From an uncultured virus (IMG/VR IMGVR_UViG_3300042867_000160) (Duplodnaviria; Heunggongvirae; Uroviricota; Caudoviricetes): a DNA stretch of 64,000 bases. The position numbers and the translations under genes are program-made. The notes beneath the pieces are model-generated. The model did no database searches and was not told the DNA's origin. It was given only the letters and a program-made list of their open reading frames with translations. The DNA lies in the IMG/VR virus record IMGVR_UViG_3300042867_000160. The stretch is one strand, 5' to 3'. Numbering within the stretch: position 1 is the stretch's first letter; each line of letters begins with the position of its first letter. This document shows, piece by piece, positions 1 to 10,709 of the stretch.

Positions 1-3000
1 TATCTGACCCATTATTATTTATAATTGCTATTCGAGCAGCATCATACTGTCCACTGTTATTAGAATCATCAATTGTAGTAAACCCAATGCCTCCAAATGA
101 GTTTTGTCCTACTAATAATGATTGCCTAACCATAGCAATATTAAATGTAGGATACCATTGGTTGACACTCATTTCATCGCTAATGATTTGCACTGTAGCA
201 TTAGTTGCAGAGAATGTATTATTATATGTCCCCACTCCTCTTACTTGTAATCTTGAACTTAACGTAGTAGTTCCAATCCCTACATTAGTACCATTATCAA
301 AAATCAAACTATTACCTATCGCACTTGCACTTGTAAACTTGGGTACATAGTTTGTTGTACCGCTACCTGTTATGTATCCACTTAATGCAGAACTTGCACT
401 TAATACACCAGTTGCATCAGCTACTACAATTCGTGAACCTGTACCTGCAAGATTAGATAATGTTGTTACCCCACTTACTCTTACAGTACCATTTACATCT
501 AATTTGTATCCTGAATCGGTAGCTGCACCTGCAAAGCCAATAGAAACATTGTCGGTAGACTCATAAATCTTTAAACTATCAGTGTTAGTTACACTATTAT
601 AAATAAAGAAACGGTTAGGTGTGGATTGTGTATAACCAAACTGAAATTTTGATGTATTAGAAACCCTAAAGTCAAAATATTGATTATTACTACTTGCCCC
701 ATTAGCATTTAAAGCAACAGTTGGAACAACTGTTGCAGTTCCATTTACTAATATATTAGGAGAAACCCTTAATCCAATATTACTTACACTTGTAAATGCA
801 CCATTTGTATATGTAGGATTTATATCAAGTCCTACTAACACATCACTATTAGCAGCAGCAACTAATGTAGGAGTTAAATAAGTTCCTCTTGCAATAGCAG
901 AAGCAGCCGTAACGCTGTTACTAACTAACACCCCTGTAGTTAAATCTTGAATGGAACTATTACCTATTGCAGTGGCAGATGTAAACTTAGCAACATAGTT
1001 TGTTGTACCTGAAATAGTACCTGCACCAGAACTTCCACTTGTACCAGCTGTTCCATTAAGTGCAGATGTTCCAGAACTACCGCTTGTTCCTCCTGTGCCA
1101 GAAGATCCTGAACTTCCTGATGCCCCACTACTAGCACTAGATCCACTAACACCAGATGAACCACTAGTACCAGAAACACCTGAAGATCCACTAGAACCGC
1201 TACTACCAGATGTACCAGTTGTACCAGTTGTTCCTGAAGTTCCAGCAGTTCTTGTTAGCCCTGATGATCCCGAAGATCCTGAACTGCCACTTGTTCCAGA
1301 TGAACCATTGCCTCCATTAGCACCCGATGTACCAGATGAACCATTAGCTCCTGACGTTGCTGATGTTCCTGCTGTTCTTGTTAGTCCTGAACTACCACTG
1401 CTTCCAGAGGTACCAGAGCTACCATTGGCACCTGATGTACCTGAAGATCCGTTTGTCCCAGAAGTTCCGTTAACTCCAGAAGATCCGTTTGTTCCACTAC
1501 TGCCTGATGTAGCAGATGTTCCAGATGAACCAGAGGTACCACTAGTACCAGTTGTTCCACTTGATCCGCTAGTTCCACTTGATCCACTAGACCCTGATGT
1601 ACCTGAAGAACCTGAGGTTCCTGAAGTTCCAGCAGTTCTACTTAATCCAGAACTACCGCTTGTACCTGATGAACCATCCCCTCCAGCTGCTCCAGTTAAG
1701 TTTACTATCCAAGCTGTACCTGATCCACTTCCCACAATATCTGTAGGAGCTCCAAATTGTAATGCTCCTGTAGCAGGATTATACGCAATCACCTCTGATG
1801 TTTGGTGATTGCTGGCATTAATAGAGATGTTAATACTTTGAGATGCTGTGTATGCTAAGCCTAGTCCAACTGTAAGTGTACCTGCATTACCTAATGTAAA
1901 GCTTGTAGTGGATGTTGTAGCATATCTGTCACCAGAAAGTCCACTACTACCACTGGTTCCACTACTACCACTGCTACCACTAGTACCGCTAGACGCTGAT
2001 GTACCAGAGCTACCACTTGTTGCAGATGTACCACTTGATCCTGAACTACCTCTAGTTCCTGATGTTCCTGATGAACCATTTGTACCATTTGTACCACTCG
2101 AACCACTAGATCCTGATGAACCACTTGTTGCAGAGGTTCCTGAACTACCAGCTATACCACTAGTACCAGATGATCCATTATTACCATTAGTTCCTGAGCT
2201 ACCTGATGTAGCTGAACTACCAGAACTACCAGAACTACCAGAGGTTCCACTTGTAGCTGAACTGCCACTAGTTCCTGCAGTTGCTGAACTACCATTTGTT
2301 CCCGAAGAACCATTAGTTCCAGATGTTCCACTAGATCCGTTAGCACCTGAAGTTCCACTACTAGCTGATGTTCCTGCTGTACGAGTTAATCCTGAACTTC
2401 CAGAAGAACCAGAAGAACCAGACGTTCCACTGCTACCTGATGTTCCTGATGAGCCATTAAGACCTGATGTACCACTTGAGCCGTTCGTTCCAGAAGAACC
2501 ATTTGTTCCACTAGATCCGCTAGTAGCTGAGGTTCCAGAAGATCCGTTTGTTCCAGTTGTACCTGATGTTCCACTTGACCCATTTGTACCACTGGTTCCT
2601 GATGTACCTTTTGTACCTGCAATTCCTGAACTACCAGAAGAACCAGATGTACCAGTGGTTCCAGAGGACCCTGATGTTCCGTTTGTTCCAGAGCTGCCTG
2701 AAGAACCGTTTGTTCCATTAGTTCCACTACTTCCTGACGATCCTGAAGTAGCAGACGTTCCATTAGTTCCACTAGACCCACTAGTTGCAGACGTTCCTGA
2801 GGACCCTGATGAACCAGATGCTCCACTAGTTCCACTTTGTCCACTTGAGCCAGAGGTTCCACTTGAACCACTTGTTCCTGATGAACCAGATGTACCTGAG
2901 CTACCAGAGGTTCCTGCAGATGCTGAGGTACCTGTTGTACCAGATGAGCCACTAGTTCCAGAACTTCCCGAAGATCCACTTGTTCCACTTGATCCATTAG

Positions 3001-5671
3001 TTCCACTAGTTGCTGATGAACCAGACGAGCCTGAAGTTCCTGAAGTGGCAGACGTACCACTGCTACCACTAGAACCAGAAGTGCCGCTAGATCCACTACT
3101 ACCAGACGAGGCTGAAGTTCCAGAAGTGGCTGAAGTTCCACTACTTCCTGAGGACCCACTTGTTCCTGAGGAACCAGAGCTTGCACTAGATCCACTTGAT
3201 CCACTAGTAGCTGAGGTTCCTGATGAAGCTGATGTTCCTGCAGAACCAGAGGTTCCACTCGTACCATTAACTCCAGATGTACCAGATGTTCCTGAAGGAG
3301 CGTTGAATGTTGTTTGTGCGTATGAGTAATAACTAGTACCTTCTGTATAGAAGTTTAATGTACGCGATACACCATTAATGTTCATTGCATTAATCTGTGC
3401 ATAAATTCTATCAGTTGCATTTAATGATTGTCCAGGAACAAAAGTATCACAATATAACTGTTGAATATTTACTCCATCTAATGCAACTAAAACAGTATTT
3501 GTTGTACCTAATAAAGTACTTACACCACCTGTTGTATATTTATAAAGAGTTACATATACTTCCCAACTAGACGCAGCGTCTGCTAAGAAGTGTAAAGTGA
3601 ATGACCAGTTACCAGCAGTGAATGTTGTTTCGTTAGGCACACCACTATCTGTAGCAAATGTAGCAATGACACCACTTGCGCCAGCTGCTAATATAATATT
3701 TGCAGTGGTCTGAGCTGATGCACTTGCGTTAGGACTTAACTGTTTATATGTAGGAGTTCCAAATGCTGTGTTAGTGTTATTAGACAAATTCATGTAATAC
3801 ACTTGTCCACCAGAGATACCAGATGCACCACTTGATCCTGAGGTTCCTGTTGTTCCAGACGATCCCGAAGTTCCCGAAGTTCCTGAAGAAGCAGATGAAC
3901 CACTAGTTGCGGATGTACCAGAAGATCCTGATGTTGAAGATGTACCAGCTGTTGCAGAAGTACCACCAGAACCACTAGTTCCTGATGATCCATTCGTACC
4001 ACTAGAACCAGCTGTACCACTTGTGCCGCTAGAACCTGATGTAGCAGATGTCCCCGAAGAACCAGAACTTCCTGACGTAGCACTTGTACCACTAGTTCCA
4101 GCAGATCCTGATGTTGCACTGGTTCCAGAACTAGCTGATGACCCAGATGTAGCACTTGTTCCACTTGAACCTGAAGTTCCACTTGAACCTGATGTTCCTC
4201 CACTACCACTAGTTCCAGAAGATCCACTAGTTCCGCTAGATCCATCAGTGCCTGATGATCCGTTTGTACCACTTGATCCATCTGTACCTGCAGTTCCAGA
4301 AGAGCCATTAGTTCCACTAGATCCTGATGTTCCTGTAGAACCAGACGTACCACTCGATGCTGATGTACCGTTTGTACCTGATGTTCCACTAGTTCCATCT
4401 ATACCACCTGTTCCTGAAGATCCTGAAGATGCGGAAGTACCTGATGTTCCAGAGCTAGCAGATGTGCCAGAAGAACCTGATGTTCCACTAGAACCATCTG
4501 TTCCAGATGTAGCTGATGTGCCAGAACTTGCAGAAGTTCCAGATGAACCATCTGTACCAGTTGTACCAGAGGTTCCATTTGATCCATCAGTCCCTGATGA
4601 TCCATTAGTCCCTGATGAACCATTGGTTCCTGATGAACCGCTAGTTGCACTAGTACCAGAAGATGCAGAAGAACCTGACGTACCGTTAGTACCTGAAGTT
4701 GCACTAGAACCTGATGTACCTGCAGAACCATCACCACCTGCAGCTCCAGCTAAGTTAATACTCCAAACAGAATATGTACCACTTCCTGTAACAGCAGAAG
4801 GTAAAGGTGCTTCAAATACTAATTCACCAGTTGCTGAATCATAACTAGCAATATCACATATTTGATAATTAAGATAATCATATGCAATCAATACAGACTG
4901 TGCAGCTGTAAATGCTAATCCTGTTTCTACATACAATGTACCACCATCACCTAATGTAAGAGTACCTGTTGAGAACGTTTTATATATATCACCTGTTAAT
5001 CCTGAAGAACCAGAGGTGCCTGAGGAGCCAGAAGATGCTGAAGTTCCAGAGGAACCTGACGTTCCAGAACTTCCTGAAGTTGCTGAAGAACCACTAGTTC
5101 CACTAGTTCCTTTTATACCAGAAGACCCACTTGTGCCACTAGATCCCGAGGTTCCTCCTGTACCAGCACGTCCACTAGTACCTGATGATCCAGAAGAACC
5201 AGAGGTACCTGCTGTTCCCTGTCTACCACTTGTAGCAGAAGTACCGTTGGTTCCTGAGGATCCTGATGTACCATTAGTGCCACTTGTACCTGTAGTTCCT
5301 GATGTACCTGTATCAAAGTTACCTAATGTACCGTCACCTAATACCACTTGTTGGTTTGTACCACCAGCTGTAACAAAGGCAGGAGCATTTATATCCCCTT
5401 GTAATGTAAGACTATAGTTTCCTGTAATAGTTGTATTTTGAATCAATGATCCACCTAGTCCTACGGGAGCACCTGGTGTAGTTTGAATAACACCATTGTT
5501 AAATACATACCCAACCATTGCATCACCAAAGGCTGCATCAATCTTCTGTAAAGCTAACTGTAAGTTATCATTAGTATTAATACCTGTATATATCAAATTG
5601 GCTCCCTCGTAGAATACGCAATGGGAGTTTAATATAATAGGACACGGTTCAACAGAACATTCTATGTTCAT
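1..5671 (-). CDS. Giant Ser/Thr-rich Gly-X-Y (collagen-like) tail/head fibre protein, >=1890 aa, truncated at the window edge
   Basis: Absent from the ORF track because there is no stop in the window. Hand translation from ATG 5671 gives MNIECSVEPCPIILNSHCVFYEGANLIYTGINTNDNLQLALQKIDAAF, then (GTS/GSS)n tracts, globular inserts and fibre repeats such as SGTTNYVPKFTSASAIGNSLIFDNGTNVGIGT. The non-repeat stretches I translated are open in one frame to base 2, and all Pro-rich antisense shadow ORFs share the matching register. The N-terminus is paralogous to 44849..48877. Confidence 0.9.
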   Translation of the reverse strand, partial: MNIECSVEPCPIILNSHCVFYEGANLIYTGINTNDNLQLALQKIDAAFGDAMVGYVFNNGVIQTTPGAPVGLGGSLIQNTTITGNYSLTLQGDINAPAFVTAGGTNQQVVLGDGTLGNFDTGTSGTTGTSGTNGTSGSSGTNGTSATSGRQGTAGTSGSSGSSGTSGRAGTGGTSGSSGTSGSSGIKGTSGTSGSSATSGSSGTSGSSGTSASSGSSGTSGSSGLTGDIYKTFSTGTLTLGDGGTLYVETGLAFTAAQSVLIAYDYLNYQICDIASYDSATGELVFEAPLPSAVTGSGTYSVWSINLAGAAGGDGSAGTSGSSATSGTNGTSGSSASSGTSATSGSSGTNGSSGTNGSSGTDGSNGTSGTTGTDGSSGTSASSGTSATSGTDGSSGTSGSSGTSASSGTSGTSASSGSSGTGGIDGTSGTSGTNGTSASSGTSGSTGTSGSSGTNGSSGTAGTDGSSGTNGSSGTDGSSGTSGSSGTSGSGGTSGSSGTSGSSGTSATSGSSASSGTSATSGSAGTSGTSATSGSSGSSGTSATSGSSGTSGTAGSSGTNGSSGTSGSGGTSATAGTSSTSGSSGTSATSGSSASSGTSGTSGSSGTTGTSGSSGASGISGGQVYYMNLSNNTNTAFGTPTYKQLSPNASASAQTTANIILAAGASGVIATFATDSGVPNETTFTAGNWSFTLHFLADAASSWEVYVTLYKYTTGGVSTLLGTTNTVLVALDGVNIQQLYCDTFVPGQSLNATDRIYAQINAMNINGVSRTLNFYTEGTSYYSYAQTTFNAPSGTSGTSGVNGTSGTSGSAGTSASSGTSATSGSSGSSASSGSSGTSGSSGSSGTSATSGTSASSGSSGSSGTSGSSGSSGTSATSGTSGSSGSSATSGTNGSSGTSGSSGSSGTSGSSGTTGTSASAGTSGSSGTSGSSGTSGSSGTSGSSGQSGTSGASGSSGSSGTSATSGSSGTNGTSATSGSSGSSGTNGTNGSSGSSGTNGTSGSSGTTGTSGSSGSSGIAGTKGTSGTSGTNGSSGTSGTTGTNGSSGTSATSGSSGTNGSSGTNGSSGTSGLNGSSGTSGSSGTSGSSGSSGSSGLTRTAGTSASSGTSGANGSSGTSGTNGSSGTNGSSATAGTSGSSATSGTSGSSGSSGSSATSGSSGTNGNNGSSGTSGIAGSSGTSATSGSSGSSGSSGTNGTNGSSGTSGTRGSSGSSGTSATSGSSGTSASSGTSGSSGSSGTSGSSGLSGDRYATTSTTSFTLGNAGTLTVGLGLAYTASQSINISINASNHQTSEVIAYNPATGALQFGAPTDIVGSGSGTAWIVNLTGAAGGDGSSGTSGSSGLSRTAGTSGTSGSSGTSGSSGSSGTSGSSGTTGTSGTSGSSGTSATSGSSGTNGSSGVNGTSGTNGSSGTSGANGSSGTSGSSGSSGLTRTAGTSATSGANGSSGTSGANGGNGSSGTSGSSGSSGSSGLTRTAGTSGTTGTTGTSGSSGSSGSSGVSGTSGSSGVSGSSASSGASGSSGSSGTGGTSGSSGTSALNGTAGTSGSSGAGTISGTTNYVAKFTSATAIGNSSIQDLTTGVLVSNSVTAASAIARGTYLTPTLVAAANSDVLVGLDINPTYTNGAFTSVSNIGLRVSPNILVNGTATVVPTVALNANGASSNNQYFDFRVSNTSKFQFGYTQSTPNRFFIYNSVTNTDSLKIYESTDNVSIGFAGAATDSGYKLDVNGTVRVSGVTTLSNLAGTGSRIVVADATGVLSASSALSGYITGSGTTNYVPKFTSASAIGNSLIFDNGTNVGIGTTTLSSRLQVRGVGTYNNTFSATNATVQIISDEMSVNQWYPTFNIAMVRQSLLVGQNSFGGIGFTTIDDSNNSGQYDAARIAIINNNGSD

Positions 5672-5761
5672 AATACATTAGGATTAGGAAATGTAGTAAA
5701 AATAGTTAAATAATTTTAGTTGTTGTATATAGTGATAAAACTATAATATATAATATAGCTA

Positions 5762-8700
5762 TTAACGTCTCTGTACATCGGCAGTAGTTACAATGCCCCA
5801 TGCCTTAGCAACATCTGGACAACATAGAGGAAGTATTTCTCTCTGGAACTGTGATGGTCCAGGAACAATATCAAGCACATCTTTACCAAAGTTTGCTTTA
5901 TCAATCATGTCTTGATCACCACTAATTTGTCCTATGATTTCTTTACTACCTGTAGTAAAAATCTTTGCTGCTTTAGTTGCAATTAACATACCAGGAATTA
6001 AATTACCATTGGTAAAACCTTGAAGTGATAAAGGATTGTAGTAGAAGTTAACTTCTTCTGCAGTTTTGTATGCATTCTTAGCTAAGAACTTCCACGCATT
6101 CTTATTCATAATATCTTCATCATCGTCATCGTCTCCAAAGTGCTTAGCTGCAAAGTAGATAGCTAACGTAAGTAATACAACTTGCATTTCTCTAAACTGA
6201 TCACGAACAGCTTTACGCATCATATCAAAGAACTCTTCATCAGTTATATTTAACTGCTCTCCTGTTCTTTCAAAGTATTCATCACGCTTGGCTTCTAACA
6301 ATTCTTGCATTATCCCCAAACCTTTGTCTGTACCATTCATGATGTCAACAGCATTTTTAAATGCTGCTAGTCCTTGCTTTGCTATTAGCTTAGCAAACAA
6401 ACGTGTTCTACCATATTCCCAACGTTCTTGTTTAATATTGTACTTGATATCTTTAGTACGTATCGCTATCTGCTTAGGAATCCAGCCCTTAAATGTCATG
6501 AAGGTACTAGCTAATGTATCACGAGTGTAACCAGCTCTATCTTCCTTACTCATCTGTCCACTCATGTCTCTAGATGTATCTCTAATCTTAATACGAAACT
6601 TAGCAATCTCCTCATCACTAACTCCTGGAAGTGTTGTATAGCCGTCTTTATCTTTAGCATAATTTACCATTCCATCTGATTCTTGTAATGCTTTTACTCT
6701 ATCTTCAAATGAATTTTCTAAAGCTTTACGTTCTGATTCAGACATATTATATTTAACAGCTCTGTCTTGCTCTGTTAAATATTGACGAATGTTTATAATC
6801 TTACCATCCTTCACCATTGAGTTTTCAATAAATGCTAATGCATTTGCAAATTGTAAACGTTTCTCAGGAAATGAACTAGTAATCATCATTACATCTTGGA
6901 ATGTAAATGTACCTAACCACTTTAAAGTAGATTGTTTTGCAGCAATCTTTCTTCTTTCTTCTGTAGTTACATCTTCATTTAATGGCATAGTTAAATCTAG
7001 AAGACCTAGTTCCATTCCTTTTACCATTCCTGGAATTAATACACGACCATGATGCTTCTCAAATGTTCTAAAGGTGTAGAAGTTACCAGAGTTAATATAT
7101 GCTTGGAACTGAACACCAAACCAGTTAGGTATACCAATAGAAAGCTTAAGTCCTGTTCCTAACATTGTAGTCCAGGCTTTTAAAGTTTTGAAAATTTTCT
7201 TAGTACCAAGTTTTCTATTTTCTTTATCTTCTGCAGTTCCACCTGTTTTATCAAAAGCCATCTTTATATTCTTGTTACCAATAGATCTTTCATCTTCGGT
7301 TCTATCATATAGATATTCTTCAACAATTGCTTCGTATAGATCTATGTTCTTATTCTCAGTTGTTGTAAGAGGAGCCCCCATTTCTGTAAGGATTTCACCA
7401 TCTACAGTCATTAAGTTAGGTTTGTTCTTTTCAACCTCTAGTATTGTCAACAACACATCCTCCATCTCTGATCTCAGTTCATATTCATTCACTGCTTTAA
7501 TCCATGTAGGAACAACCTTTGTTAAGTCTGTTGATAACTGAGTTAACTTTCTATCTGTTCTTGTAAAGTATTTTGGATTTTTGTTTATTAATTTACCAGT
7601 CTCACGATCTGTTTTACCAGCCTGATACTCTTCATTAACTTTTATTGTATATTGATCCTTAAAGAAATCTTTAAACTGACCACCTATACCTTTAACATCT
7701 GTAAACTTTTGTAATGTTGTAGCATCCATTAAAGCAAAGAATGAGCTATCTGCTTTACCAATGTATCCTAAATCTTGAGCTTTTGCATTTATACCTTCTA
7801 CAACAAACTTCCATAAGTCTAATGCTACAGGAGACATTGCTTTGTATTCCTTTGAAGCATTCTTATCAGTATTCATTGTTTGATAAAACACCTTAAAGAA
7901 TAAACTATCGTTGTATCCACTAAAGCCTTCTCTATCTAATAGTAATCTATTTTTTGTTTTAGTAATCTTTCTTTCTTTCTCCTCGTCAGTTAGATTAGGA
8001 TTAGCATTGATTGCTTCAATATTACTATCAATAATCTCATTAGCTATCTTATCATACTTAGCTTTGTTTACATTATCTATAAAGAACTTTTTATCTTTTT
8101 TATCTTTAGCATTCTCAATACCTATACGAAATGACTCCTTTACTTTATCAATGTATTCAGGTAGTTCATTTTTTATTGTACCTATTAATTCAAATACACT
8201 TATACCCTTAGCTCTTGCTTCTGCTTCTGCTGGTAGTAATACTTTCTCAAATGCTCTGATCTCTTTAGCAATAGCAATATCTGCTTTGCCTTTACCAAGG
8301 TCCCAGATACGTTGAATTAAATTAGCAGCACGTGAACTTAAACTAGCACCTTCAGTCATCATTCTATCATAAGTATCAATTTCCCTGTCAGGATTCAAGA
8401 AACTTCCACCTTCTATAAATTCACCATTCTGTATTCTTCTAAGACTTTCTGCTACATCTTCTCTAGTGATACCATAGTTAACAGATAACTGAGTGGCGTA
8501 TGCTCTTCTTATTTGTAAAATTTCATCTAGTGTGGCATCTGTTCTGGTCTTCAAACGTTCTAGATCAGATAGCACTTGCTTCTCTTCTTCAGTTAATACT
8601 TTATCTTTGTTTGTAAATATGTAAACTTCTGCAGCTTCGCTATACTTTCCTGCACCTGCAGTCATATAGTTTAACTCTTTTAATACAGCAGTTATTTCTT

Positions 8701-10705
8701 CAAAGGACATAGTTGAATAGTCCTTATTTTTTATATTATCAATTCCAGCTTTCGCATTCTTTATAAATGTATTACCAATATTGACAATAGGTATAAAGTC
8801 CATCTGTAAGTGAAGCTTACGAATAGCCCTAGATAATTCTTCACGCTGTGTATCTTTTATATATTGTTGTTTAGGATCTACAACCCTTCTAACAAAATTG
8901 TCATACTGAACTCTAAGAGATTGAATAAACTTATCTAAACGTTTGTTACCTGTAGTCTCAAAGTCTAATGGTACAGGAAGTAAATATAGTTCTGCTTCTT
9001 TAATGTTATCAAGATCAGCAACTTCTATAGATTCTAGAATCAACGGGCTTTTATAATCATCTGGCATAAGGTGTTCGTAGTTAGCTTTAAATGCTATCAT
9101 ACGAGCCTTACGTAACTGAGAAGGCTTTAATCCATACCGTTGTAAGATTGTAGCATACTCACCCATTTGTTTCTTATACTCCTCTTGCTTAAAGCCAGGG
9201 ATATCTTCTGTTCTCTCTAAATCAATTGTAGTAAACTTCCAGTCTAGTGCTTCAACGTAGAACGACTTTTCTTCTGGAATAAATGCTGTGAAGTCCATAG
9301 TGGACGCAAGATCTTCCTTCTCATTGTATACAAATTTCTCAGCAAGCACTCTTGTTCCTTTAGGATATGATGCAAGAAGCTTCTCTATAAATCCATTTAT
9401 TATATCTTGAACTTCTGGATTAAGACTCGTTTTAGCATTGTAAGCAATTGGAGTTTCTCTGATGTATCCTTTACTATCTGTATAGGAATTGATAATCATT
9501 TGCTCAATGTAACTATGGCCATCTGATCCCCAGAATTGTTTCTGATCATCTATAATCTTTTGAGCATCTGTACGAACGAACTTCTTAGATTGATTACGTT
9601 TAATCCATTTAGTTACACTATTTTTAACACGTTTAAGATCAATTGTATAATGACGATCTTTAGGATTGGCATCAATTAACCGCATTCTATTAGAGGTGCC
9701 TAAGAATTTATTATCAATGAATTGATTCATCTTCTCTTCACCAGTGAGTTCTGTCTTCTGATAGAACACATCGTCACTACGTACGTCATCCGCTGTACCA
9801 ATCTCTTCTCCTGATACAATCTTCATAGCAGCTTCATCAAATCCTGATGTAGAGAATAATTCACGCAATGCTTTAATAATTGATTCCCACCAAGTTAATG
9901 CCTTTTGTAAAAGCTCAGGCTTCTGTGTAATACCCTCACTTTGATTAATAACAGTTTCAGATAAGATTTTACCTATTGCTTCTGTCTTAAGCTTTAAGAT
10001 GTCAGGTTTACCATCTGCAGTTTGATAGTTAGGATCAGTGCTATAGTCTTTCAATACTTGCGTATAGATAGCATAGTCATTGACTTCTTTTAGCATCTTA
10101 GCAAATAGCTTAGGATCTTTTTGTTTAATGATCTCTACAGCCCAGTGCATAGACTCTTCACCTAGTGCTACATCTTCTTTACCATTAACAATCTGTACTA
10201 GTTGTTGTGTAAGAAGAGCTGCACCATTTGCATTTTGCTTAACTCCATCTTTAACAATTTCATTTACAGTGGCAATGTTTACACCAATACGATTCAAGAA
10301 ATCCTTTAGTATCTTAATGGTTGCAGGAGAAGCTACAGAACCTTCTGTTCCTTCTTTCTGAAGCATTACCTCTTCATCCTGAATATTCTCTCTTTCTTCT
10401 TGTTCTAATAAAGCTTCATCACCTTGAAAGAAATCAAGATCTCTCTCAAATGCTTTCTCTGCTTGTTCTTGTTTGTTATACTCTTTCTCAACAGCAAGAT
10501 TTATTCCATCTTCGCTAACTATAACTTTATATCCACCATCTCCAGAATATTGTACAGTTCTTATTAAAGTAGAAACACCCCATAGCTCATTAAGATATTT
10601 CTTAATGCTATTGGCTGCCTGCTTGAACATCACAGCTTCACGATCAGGAAGACGTTTGTCAATACTAGCTTCTACAGTTTTTCTGATTTCTATTTTACAA
10701 GGCAT
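5762..10705 (-). CDS. Large ejected (cargo) protein with degenerate zincin-like domain, PD-(D/E)xK nuclease-like domain and C-terminal hydrophobic helix
   Basis: 1647 aa, directly downstream of the vRNAP gene. Motifs: ALGEESMHWAVE (zincin-like EExxH); GSDGH...AEKFVY...TMDF...LDWKFT...QMGEY (PD-(D/E)xK pattern); VVLLTLAIYFAAKHF followed by poly-Asp. Confidence 0.75.
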   Translation of the reverse strand: MPCKIEIRKTVEASIDKRLPDREAVMFKQAANSIKKYLNELWGVSTLIRTVQYSGDGGYKVIVSEDGINLAVEKEYNKQEQAEKAFERDLDFFQGDEALLEQEERENIQDEEVMLQKEGTEGSVASPATIKILKDFLNRIGVNIATVNEIVKDGVKQNANGAALLTQQLVQIVNGKEDVALGEESMHWAVEIIKQKDPKLFAKMLKEVNDYAIYTQVLKDYSTDPNYQTADGKPDILKLKTEAIGKILSETVINQSEGITQKPELLQKALTWWESIIKALRELFSTSGFDEAAMKIVSGEEIGTADDVRSDDVFYQKTELTGEEKMNQFIDNKFLGTSNRMRLIDANPKDRHYTIDLKRVKNSVTKWIKRNQSKKFVRTDAQKIIDDQKQFWGSDGHSYIEQMIINSYTDSKGYIRETPIAYNAKTSLNPEVQDIINGFIEKLLASYPKGTRVLAEKFVYNEKEDLASTMDFTAFIPEEKSFYVEALDWKFTTIDLERTEDIPGFKQEEYKKQMGEYATILQRYGLKPSQLRKARMIAFKANYEHLMPDDYKSPLILESIEVADLDNIKEAELYLLPVPLDFETTGNKRLDKFIQSLRVQYDNFVRRVVDPKQQYIKDTQREELSRAIRKLHLQMDFIPIVNIGNTFIKNAKAGIDNIKNKDYSTMSFEEITAVLKELNYMTAGAGKYSEAAEVYIFTNKDKVLTEEEKQVLSDLERLKTRTDATLDEILQIRRAYATQLSVNYGITREDVAESLRRIQNGEFIEGGSFLNPDREIDTYDRMMTEGASLSSRAANLIQRIWDLGKGKADIAIAKEIRAFEKVLLPAEAEARAKGISVFELIGTIKNELPEYIDKVKESFRIGIENAKDKKDKKFFIDNVNKAKYDKIANEIIDSNIEAINANPNLTDEEKERKITKTKNRLLLDREGFSGYNDSLFFKVFYQTMNTDKNASKEYKAMSPVALDLWKFVVEGINAKAQDLGYIGKADSSFFALMDATTLQKFTDVKGIGGQFKDFFKDQYTIKVNEEYQAGKTDRETGKLINKNPKYFTRTDRKLTQLSTDLTKVVPTWIKAVNEYELRSEMEDVLLTILEVEKNKPNLMTVDGEILTEMGAPLTTTENKNIDLYEAIVEEYLYDRTEDERSIGNKNIKMAFDKTGGTAEDKENRKLGTKKIFKTLKAWTTMLGTGLKLSIGIPNWFGVQFQAYINSGNFYTFRTFEKHHGRVLIPGMVKGMELGLLDLTMPLNEDVTTEERRKIAAKQSTLKWLGTFTFQDVMMITSSFPEKRLQFANALAFIENSMVKDGKIINIRQYLTEQDRAVKYNMSESERKALENSFEDRVKALQESDGMVNYAKDKDGYTTLPGVSDEEIAKFRIKIRDTSRDMSGQMSKEDRAGYTRDTLASTFMTFKGWIPKQIAIRTKDIKYNIKQERWEYGRTRLFAKLIAKQGLAAFKNAVDIMNGTDKGLGIMQELLEAKRDEYFERTGEQLNITDEEFFDMMRKAVRDQFREMQVVLLTLAIYFAAKHFGDDDDDEDIMNKNAWKFLAKNAYKTAEEVNFYYNPLSLQGFTNGNLIPGMLIATKAAKIFTTGSKEIIGQISGDQDMIDKANFGKDVLDIVPGPSQFQREILPLCCPDVAKAWGIVTTADVQRR

Positions 10706-10709
10706 GTTG

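Noticed and set aside
1030..5310. Possible CRISPR array or DNA tandem repeat
   Set aside because: Periodicity is 3/9 nt from coding triplets with varied codons. There is no constant repeat with unique spacers.
964..5417. Pro/Val/Glu/Asp-rich plus-strand ORFs and Leu/Val/Gln/His-rich minus-strand ORFs
   Set aside because: Shadow frames of the Gly-Ser-Thr triplet gene. GGN read antisense gives Pro, and the repeats lack stops in the other frames.
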